A stretch of 64,000 nt of DNA from Candidatus Limisoma faecipullorum (GTDB taxonomy: Bacteria > Bacteroidota > Bacteroidia > Bacteroidales > Muribaculaceae): the NCBI GenBank assembly GCA_017694955.1, contig JADIMC010000019.1, forward strand, positions 16,242 to 80,241, read 5' to 3'. Numbering within the stretch: position 1 is the first letter of the stretch; each line of letters begins with the position of its first letter. Positions 57,312 to 64,000 of this stretch are shown piece after piece. A model generated the notes under the pieces. That model worked only from the letters and a program-made list of their open reading frames with translations. It did not search any database and was not told where the DNA came from. A program made the translations under genes and the position numbers.

Positions 57312-59123
57312 TTACCAACCCGGATTCTGCTCAAGTTTCAGACTTTGGTCTCCAACTTGATCAGCCTTGCTCTTGTAAAGCGAAATCTGACCTTTCGGAA
57401 TTGGATACAGATAATCCTTCTCGGCGAAAGTACGCTTCAACGATTGCGCCTGAATAGGTATGATATACCCTGTCTCGCCGCCATCAAGAACTACAGCCAG
57501 CTGATCTGCCTTGATTTCTGTTCCATGCGCAGCATTGTATTCCGCAACGTATGCAGCCTTATCGACATAAGCACCCATATTAACCTTAGGATTCAGCACC
57601 ATATCGGAATACCAAAGCTTACCCCAACGGCGAAGGTCGTCGAAACGGAGACCCTCGTAAACCAGCTCGACACGGCGCTCGCGGCGGATTTCCCACAATA
57701 TCGGGCTCACCTCATAGTCGCCCGGAACATTCGGATTGCCGAGGTCGCGGTCCGGGTCGTTGATTACAACGCCGTTAACCGACAACTGGTTGCCCGAGAA
57801 TGTCAAAGCCGGCATATTCACAGAAGCGCGCTTGCGGATAGCGTTGATTGTATTGTCGAAATCGGTCTGCGACAAAGAGTACAGTTTCATATCGGCCAAC
57901 TCGGCTGCTGCCTCGATGTAGTTGAGGAGCACTTCATTGTACTTCATGATAGGAGCGTCGGTCACGTTAGTATTGCTCTGACCGTCGGCAGTACCGATAA
58001 GGCTCTCGTTGATAAAACGGTTGCCGAGATAGCCGCCGATACCGTAAAGGGCAACTACGCCGTTCAGACACAACGAGTCGGCAACGTTGGCCAACAGACG
58101 CGGGTCGCGGTTCGCCAGCTCGTCCTTAATCGTCTTGTCGCCCTTATAGTCTGAATTGCCGCTCTGGTGGATAGGAAGACCGTTGGTGGTAAGATAACTT
58201 TCAACCAACGACTTCGAAGGAGCAGAAGCCTGAACCTGCTCTATCTGCCACGACATTTCGGCATGCGTCTTCACACCGGCAACGTAGGAACGGTAGAGTA
58301 TGATTTCCTTATTTCCTGCAAGGTCGAGCGAAGTAGTCAGAGCCTTATAGTCGTCCGAGATGCTGTAAGTCTTGCCCGAAGTGCCGTCCATCACGCGCGC
58401 TGCGGCATCCTTGGCAGCCTTCAGGTATTTCTCCGCATATTCATTGTTCTTCTCGCGGTATTTCTGCCAAGTACCCTCGAACAGGAACACCTTCGACATA
58501 TAAGCGTCAACTACAGAGCGGTTTACGGTCAAGCCGTCGGTACCGTCGGAAGTGCGCACATTGTTAGCTGCGAAAGTGAAGTCCTCGAGCACCTTGTCCA
58601 TCACGTATTCGCGGCTGTCGCGCGGCTTGTAGAGCTGAGCCACGTCGTCGCTCATCACTTCCTTATCATAGAAAGGAACGTCGCCGAACATACGCACCAG
58701 TTTCGAATATTCCATTCCACGGAAGAAGCGGCCAACACCAAGCCAGTGGTTCTTCGTCTCTTCAGGAAGGGTCGATCCTTCCACTCCGGCAATAAGGATG
58801 TTGATACGGCGCACTGTCGAGAAATCCCAATAGTCGCTCTCCGACGGAGCAACAGTAGTGAAGAATGTAGCTTCCTGCTGCGCAAGGTCGTCGCACCATT
58901 CCGCGACATTCGTACCTTCAAAGAAATCGGAGCGGTCCCAGCTTGTCATATAACCAGTGAAATAAATATCATACCAGCCATCAACAGTCGATTTGACATT
59001 GTTCTCATTATTGTAGAACTCCGGATTATTGACAACCTCGTCCATCGGCGGACGCTCGAGGAAGTCAGAGCAGGACGATACTGCCGCTGCCAGTAATATT
59101 GCTGAAAATATTTTTGCTTTCAT
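57312..59123 (-). CDS. susD: SusD/RagB-family nutrient-binding outer-membrane lipoprotein
   Basis: Lipobox AAVSSC, TPR-like helical body, position immediately after susC. Confidence 0.9.
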   Translation of the reverse strand: MKAKIFSAILLAAAVSSCSDFLERPPMDEVVNNPEFYNNENNVKSTVDGWYDIYFTGYMTSWDRSDFFEGTNVAEWCDDLAQQEATFFTTVAPSESDYWDFSTVRRINILIAGVEGSTLPEETKNHWLGVGRFFRGMEYSKLVRMFGDVPFYDKEVMSDDVAQLYKPRDSREYVMDKVLEDFTFAANNVRTSDGTDGLTVNRSVVDAYMSKVFLFEGTWQKYREKNNEYAEKYLKAAKDAAARVMDGTSGKTYSISDDYKALTTSLDLAGNKEIILYRSYVAGVKTHAEMSWQIEQVQASAPSKSLVESYLTTNGLPIHQSGNSDYKGDKTIKDELANRDPRLLANVADSLCLNGVVALYGIGGYLGNRFINESLIGTADGQSNTNVTDAPIMKYNEVLLNYIEAAAELADMKLYSLSQTDFDNTINAIRKRASVNMPALTFSGNQLSVNGVVINDPDRDLGNPNVPGDYEVSPILWEIRRERRVELVYEGLRFDDLRRWGKLWYSDMVLNPKVNMGAYVDKAAYVAEYNAAHGTEIKADQLAVVLDGGETGYIIPIQAQSLKRTFAEKDYLYPIPKGQISLYKSKADQVGDQSLKLEQNPGW

Positions 59124-59134
59124 ATCGAATTTTT

Positions 59135-62100
59135 TTAGAATGTAAGTTGAACACCGAATGAAACTGTTCTCATAAACGGATAGCTCTTACCGAACTTGTA
59201 CTGACCGTTGGACGACGCTGCCTTCTCGGTAGTTTCCGGGTCAACCGGTATATATCCGTTATAGAATTCAAACACGTTTTCCGCGCTGACATATACACGT
59301 CCGGAAGTGAAGGTAATCTTCTTCATCCATTTTTCCGGGAATGTGTAGCCGAGAGTGATGTTCTTGCAACGCAAGTACGACATATCCTGCAAGTAGCGTG
59401 TCTGACGCAAGAAGTTCTGGTTGTTGTTAAGCCAAGAGTGAGAAGTTGGAGTCGGATAGAAAGCGTCTGTGTTTTCCGGAGTCCAGTAGTCCATCTGATG
59501 CTCAAGCCAGCCTTCAGTCGGCATGAAGCCCGGGATACCGGTCTGACCTACCACCCATACATCACGAGAGCCTACGCCCTGGAAGAATGTATAGAAATCG
59601 AAGCCCTTGTAAGTCAAGCCGATTGAGAAACCATACTCGAAGTTAGGAGTAGTATTACCAATACGCTTCAAGTCGCCATGATCGTCAAGTGTTTCACTTC
59701 CGTAATCTATCACACCGTTGCCGTCAAGGTCCTTGTACTTCACATCGCCCGGACCGAACTTGAACGCACCTGTCTCGTAAAGAGTCTGGTCAGGATTCTT
59801 AGTGTAGTCAACGAACCACTTGCCGTCAGCATCCTGATAGCAGTCCTCGTACTGGAAGAGGCGGTCGGTCTCGTAACCCCAGATTTCGCCGATCTGCTTG
59901 CCCTCGTAGTAGCCGTAGATATTCTTGTTCGGGTTATTGTACTTAGTGATTTCCTCACGCACCTTCGAGAGGTTGGCAGTTACAGTCAAGCCAAGTCCGC
60001 AGTCGAACATATGGTTGTAGTCCAAAGCGATTTCAAAACCGCGTCCACGCAACTCACCCTCATTAACGTCAGGCGATGCGCCACCGAATGTTGACGGCAA
60101 AGTCTCGCCCGGAGAGTGCATACCGGTAGTCATACGCTGATACCAGTCGAAAGTGATACCGAAAGCGTTATCGAAGAAACGTGCGTCGAAACCGATGTCA
60201 ACCGTCGATACGCGCTCCCAAGTCAATGCAGGAGAAACAATCGAAGGAACACCGAGGTAAGGAAGCTCCGAGCCGCCTACTACCCAACCAGAAGCAGAAC
60301 CAACAGCGATAGTAGAAAGGAATGCGTTGGCATCCACGTCTTGGTTACCGATTGTACCGTAAGAACCACGAATCTTGAAGTTTGTCAACGCAGGCTTGGC
60401 CCATTCCATAAATGCCTCGTCACTCAAACGCCAACCGGCGGATGCCGACGGGAAGAATGCCCACTTGTCGCCTTCCGGGAACTTGGAAGAGCCGTCGTAA
60501 CGAGCGTTCACCTCAACAAGGTATTTGCCCATATAGTCGTAGTTTACACGTCCGAACACACCGGCAGAAGCATAATCGTTATGATATGCGCTTGTGCCTC
60601 TCGAGAACTCGTCGCCGATTGTAAGCGGGATTTCCGGATTGTCGAAGTTCACCAAAGTACGCGCCTCGGAATAATTACCGATGTTTTCACGCGATTCGGC
60701 ATCCATACCGACCATCACCTTCAAGTTGTGCTTCTCGTTGAAGCTCTTGTCGTAAGTGGCATATGCCTTGAACACATTGGTCATCGTGTAAGTGTCATAT
60801 TCCTGCACACGATTGTGAGTAGCGCCATAGAAACTTTCGTATGACAATGGATTTGTCGTGTTGAAAATATTCCATCCCCAAACTTCTCCGCCTTCACGCT
60901 TCTGATAAGTGTTATAAAGACCGAAAGTATAGTCGAAGTTGATGCTGAGACCTTCAATCGGAGAAATCACAGTACCTATGTTTGCGCGAGTATAGTTGGT
61001 TGTGGTCTTCATATCCTTTGCCTGGGCAGCCTCAGTAACGGCCGAACGGAACGGTATGCCCTGATAATCGGCATACGGATAGAATGCCGGCCAACGGAGC
61101 AGGTAGTACCACATATCGGTGTAGCCGCTCGTGTAAGGATACGGCTCCTTCTTCTGGCTGCGCGAGAACATTATGTTGGAGTGGAACGACCACCAGTCGC
61201 GGATCTGTGTATTGACCGTAGCATTCAATGTGAAACGCTCGTACTTGTCGGGGTTCACCTTGATGATACCGTCCTGCTTCAGGTAGCCGAGGTTGACGTT
61301 ATAGGTAGTCTTATCGCTGCCGCCCGACACAGAAAGGTCATGTTTTTGTTGCGGAGTCCAGTCTTTCATGAACATTTCCAGCGGGTCGAAGCTGCGGTAG
61401 AAGTACCACTTGCCGTCACGCTGTTCGAAATCGCGGCCGAGCTGCATCTCGCCGAGCTGTTCCTGCGACCAGCTGCCGTACTGTGCGTCCCAGTCCTTCA
61501 TCTTCTGGATGGCGAGCTCGTCGATGTTGTAACCGATTGACGACACCGTGTTGCTGCCTGAGCGTTGCGCTGCTATCAAAGCTGCCTGCGCACTGCCCCA
61601 TGAGGTTGCAACCTGCGGCATTATCGACGGGGTATTCCATGCAAAGTTGTTGGAATACTTAACGGTCGGTTTCTCGTTCTTCTTTCCTTGCTTGGTAGTG
61701 ATAAGAATCACACCCCATGCAGCACGCGTACCGTAGATTGCAGCAGAAGCGGCATCCTTCAATACGGAGATGCTCTCGATGTCGTTAGGATTGACAAGGC
61801 TAAGGCTCGGCACCTCCACGTTGTCAACGAGGATAAGCGGCGATGTACCGCTGCCTGCATTCAACGAACCGGTGGTACCACGTAAGCGGATATTCGAATC
61901 CACACCGATACCGCCCACATTTGTCGTAATCGACAGACCAGGAGAAACACCTTGAAGCGCTTTGGCAACGTCCGTGATAGGACGGCTGCCCACTGCCTCC
62001 TCCACATCGATATTGGCAACGGCACCAGTAAGATTTACTTTCTTTTGAGTACCGTAGCCGACAACTACTACTTCTTCCAGTAATTCAGGATTCTCTACAA

Positions 62101-62455
62101 GAGTAACCTCCACGCCTTGCTTTGCTTTCACCTCGCGAGTTTCGAATCCCACGTAGGAAACTTGCAAGGTAGCACCTGGCGCAGCCTTAATGGAAAAATT
62201 ACCGTCGATGTCTGTCATACCGCCGGTATTCGTTCCTTTGACAAGCACACTCGCACCAATAACCGGATTGCCGTTCTTATCGAACACCTTTCCGGTGATG
62301 GTAGCTGTTTGGCTAACTTGCTGTGCCCCCCCCTGTTGCGTAGCAGGGAAGGCTTCGGCTGCAAACGCTGTTCCGCCACCTGCAAGAAGCGAACAAACAG
62401 TAAGAGCCACAATCAACCTTCGGTTGGTTTTGGTTTTGTTTCGATTTTCGTCCAT
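59135..62455 (-). CDS. susC: SusC/RagA-family TonB-linked outer-membrane transporter
   Basis: ITGKVFDKNGNPVIGASVLVKGT (CarbopepD_reg), a plug (VVVGYGTQKK, SISVLKDAASAAIYGTRAAWGVILITTK), and a 1106-aa barrel ending FGVQLTF. Confidence 0.95.
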   Translation of the reverse strand: MDENRNKTKTNRRLIVALTVCSLLAGGGTAFAAEAFPATQQGGAQQVSQTATITGKVFDKNGNPVIGASVLVKGTNTGGMTDIDGNFSIKAAPGATLQVSYVGFETREVKAKQGVEVTLVENPELLEEVVVVGYGTQKKVNLTGAVANIDVEEAVGSRPITDVAKALQGVSPGLSITTNVGGIGVDSNIRLRGTTGSLNAGSGTSPLILVDNVEVPSLSLVNPNDIESISVLKDAASAAIYGTRAAWGVILITTKQGKKNEKPTVKYSNNFAWNTPSIMPQVATSWGSAQAALIAAQRSGSNTVSSIGYNIDELAIQKMKDWDAQYGSWSQEQLGEMQLGRDFEQRDGKWYFYRSFDPLEMFMKDWTPQQKHDLSVSGGSDKTTYNVNLGYLKQDGIIKVNPDKYERFTLNATVNTQIRDWWSFHSNIMFSRSQKKEPYPYTSGYTDMWYYLLRWPAFYPYADYQGIPFRSAVTEAAQAKDMKTTTNYTRANIGTVISPIEGLSINFDYTFGLYNTYQKREGGEVWGWNIFNTTNPLSYESFYGATHNRVQEYDTYTMTNVFKAYATYDKSFNEKHNLKVMVGMDAESRENIGNYSEARTLVNFDNPEIPLTIGDEFSRGTSAYHNDYASAGVFGRVNYDYMGKYLVEVNARYDGSSKFPEGDKWAFFPSASAGWRLSDEAFMEWAKPALTNFKIRGSYGTIGNQDVDANAFLSTIAVGSASGWVVGGSELPYLGVPSIVSPALTWERVSTVDIGFDARFFDNAFGITFDWYQRMTTGMHSPGETLPSTFGGASPDVNEGELRGRGFEIALDYNHMFDCGLGLTVTANLSKVREEITKYNNPNKNIYGYYEGKQIGEIWGYETDRLFQYEDCYQDADGKWFVDYTKNPDQTLYETGAFKFGPGDVKYKDLDGNGVIDYGSETLDDHGDLKRIGNTTPNFEYGFSIGLTYKGFDFYTFFQGVGSRDVWVVGQTGIPGFMPTEGWLEHQMDYWTPENTDAFYPTPTSHSWLNNNQNFLRQTRYLQDMSYLRCKNITLGYTFPEKWMKKITFTSGRVYVSAENVFEFYNGYIPVDPETTEKAASSNGQYKFGKSYPFMRTVSFGVQLTF

Positions 62456-62667
62456 ATACTACATTATTAGATATTGGGTAAATATGTATCGGTTTGTGAT
62501 AAACTATGTTTTTATAACATTGTACTAATCTCTCATTACAGGAGTTTAAAACTTTGGCAAAGAAACTAAACTTGTTTTAATTATAAAAATATTTTTGCAA
62601 CAAAATGCTTCACAACGTTAATTTTCCATGTAATTATAAGAAAATCAGCATTCCGTCCATAAAAACA

Positions 62668-62703
62668 ATGGCCTGCGTACTGAAAATTCAGCACACAGGC
62701 CAT
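62668..62703 (-). terminator. Rho-independent terminator of secA
   Basis: atggcctg pairs with caggccat. On the minus strand it is followed by TTGTTTTTAT. Confidence 0.7.
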
Positions 62704-62723
62704 CACCTTCTTTATATTTTCAT

Positions 62724-64000
62724 CTACACTAATCCACGACCGTGGCAGTTCTTGTACTTTTTACCGCTTCCGCAAGGGCACGGGTCATTACGCCCGACCT
62801 TAGGCTCCGCCTTAATAGGCTGCGTGACGTGGCGTTCGCCCTGTGAAGCACGCGCCGCCTGGCGTTGAGCATCCTGACCAGGATACTCCTCTTTATGTGC
62901 AGTATAACGCGAATAGTCCTGCCGACGCTCCGGCATTGCCGGGGCAACAGCCGCAACAGGCTCTGCCGACGGACGGCTCGGAGACACCGACACACCGCCG
63001 CCGTTACCTTGTTGTTGCGGAGCCGGAGCAGCCTGCACCTGCACAGGTATCTGACCACGCATCAAAATTGACACCGCCTTGGAATTCATCGTGTTAACCA
63101 TAGTTTTAAAGAGGTTGAACGATTCAAGCTTGTAAATCAGCAACGGGTCTTTCTGCTCATAACTTGCATTCTGCACAGACTGGCGCAACTGGTCAAGCTC
63201 GCGCAGATGCTCTTTCCAAGCCTCATCAATCGACATCAGCAGAATCGCCTTTTGCCAAGCCTTGGCTATGTTCTGGCTTCCACTCTTGTATGCCTCTTCC
63301 AAATCCACAGCAATGCCATATACACGCTTGCCGTCGGCAATAGGCACACGCACCAATCCGACGCCGTTACGATTCTCGACAATATCCTTGATTATAGGAT
63401 TAGCCACTTCTGCCAGACGGTCCATCTTACGCTTGAACGCCGTAATTGCCGCCTGATAGAGAATGTCTATCTTCTTTTCTTTCGAAAGTCCCTTGTTTTC
63501 ATCCTCAGTGAACGGCAACTCAATGGCAAGCGTCTTGAGTGTCTCCATTTTCAGATTTTCATAGTCGTCGATACTGTCGTAGGAGTTGACAATATTCTCC
63601 ACCGTATCGTAAATCATATTCATTATGTCGATTCCGATACGTTCTCCCATCAAAGCGTGGTGACGACGTGAATACACCACCTTACGCTGTGCGTTCATCA
63701 CATCATCGTATTCCAACAGACGCTTACGGATACCGAAATTGTTTTCCTCGACGCGCTTCTGCGCATTCTCGATTGACTTGGTAACCATATTCGCCTCGAT
63801 ACGCTCGCCTTCCTTCAGTCCGAGACGGTCAAGCATCTTGACAACACGGTCGGTGGCGAACAGACGCATCACAGTATCCTCAAACGAAACGTAAAACACA
63901 GAAGACCCCGGGTCGCCTTGACGACCGGCACGACCACGAAGCTGACGATCGACACGGCGCGACTCGTGGCGCTCCGTACCGATAATCGCAAGTCCACCGG
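62724..64000 (-). CDS. secA: Preprotein translocase ATPase SecA (C-terminal part, continues beyond window)
   Basis: The frame stays open to 64000 (...[33 protein letters not shown]...). C-terminal zinc motif [14 protein letters not shown]. Confidence 0.95.
   Translation of the reverse strand, partial: GGLAIIGTERHESRRVDRQLRGRAGRQGDPGSSVFYVSFEDTVMRLFATDRVVKMLDRLGLKEGERIEANMVTKSIENAQKRVEENNFGIRKRLLEYDDVMNAQRKVVYSRRHHALMGERIGIDIMNMIYDTVENIVNSYDSIDDYENLKMETLKTLAIELPFTEDENKGLSKEKKIDILYQAAITAFKRKMDRLAEVANPIIKDIVENRNGVGLVRVPIADGKRVYGIAVDLEEAYKSGSQNIAKAWQKAILLMSIDEAWKEHLRELDQLRQSVQNASYEQKDPLLIYKLESFNLFKTMVNTMNSKAVSILMRGQIPVQVQAAPAPQQQGNGGGVSVSPSRPSAEPVAAVAPAMPERRQDYSRYTAHKEEYPGQDAQRQAARASQGERHVTQPIKAEPKVGRNDPCPCGSGKKYKNCHGRGLV

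Noticed and set aside
57279-59096. Two long plus-strand ORFs (291 and 309 aa) antisense to susD. Similar long antisense ORFs occur at 1195-2061, 32946-33599, 34061-34729, 39456-40058, 40167-40766, 52666-53238, 53238-53912, 54640-55236 and 60116-60844.
   Set aside because: Each lies entirely inside a well-supported gene on the other strand. Their composition is low-complexity and rich in R, H, S and C, with no signal or motif. They are typical stop-poor antisense frames.
1-64000. Scanned all intergenic gaps for tRNA, rRNA, tmRNA, CRISPR arrays, integrases and transposases.
   Set aside because: None was recognised. The gaps are short and contain only promoters, hairpins and the repeat family described. 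This was done by eye, so small ncRNAs cannot be excluded.

Overview
This is a chromosomal segment from a Bacteroidales-type genome. The evidence is SusC/SusD, T9SS C-terminal sorting domains, the conserved uppS-bamA-skp-skp and parA-parB-DUF5683-mltD blocks, and TAnnTTTG '-7' promoter boxes 11-50 nt upstream of many start codons. About 50 protein genes are tightly packed and most are housekeeping: prmC, ribD, uppS, bamA, trpS, dacB, radC, purN, msbA-like, cls, nadK, parAB, secA. I found no rRNA, tRNA, CRISPR array, integrase or transposase by eye.

The -7 boxes and hairpin terminators let me correct several ORF-track starts: 15684, 17694, 18715, 21576, 25125, 26045, 26146, 28706, 35862, 41175, 48874, 52288 and 57202.

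Six observations deserve a second look:
1. A low-GC two-gene operon (27379-28706) sits exactly between conserved genes. It encodes a PD-(D/E)xK-motif protein translationally coupled to a protein with no recognisable motifs. This is my best candidate for an undescribed nuclease-based defence or toxin module.
2. A low-GC DUF3791-DUF3990-DUF3791 cassette (17789-18715) has a middle protein with PARP-like HGS / GxGFY motifs.
3. A 27-nt (25/27, 21 exact) direct repeat duplicates the comF 3' end and brackets a 3.3-kb T9SS metallophosphoesterase gene.
4. A family of hairpin-plus-promoter repeat modules occurs at four loci. Two tandem copies in inverted orientation bracket the alcohol dehydrogenase gene.
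5. The two perfect halves of a parS site lie upstream of parA, split by 36 nt.
6. A cargo-less T9SS-CTD mini-protein sits next to the pullulanase gene.

All functional calls come from motif recognition by eye. No searches were run.
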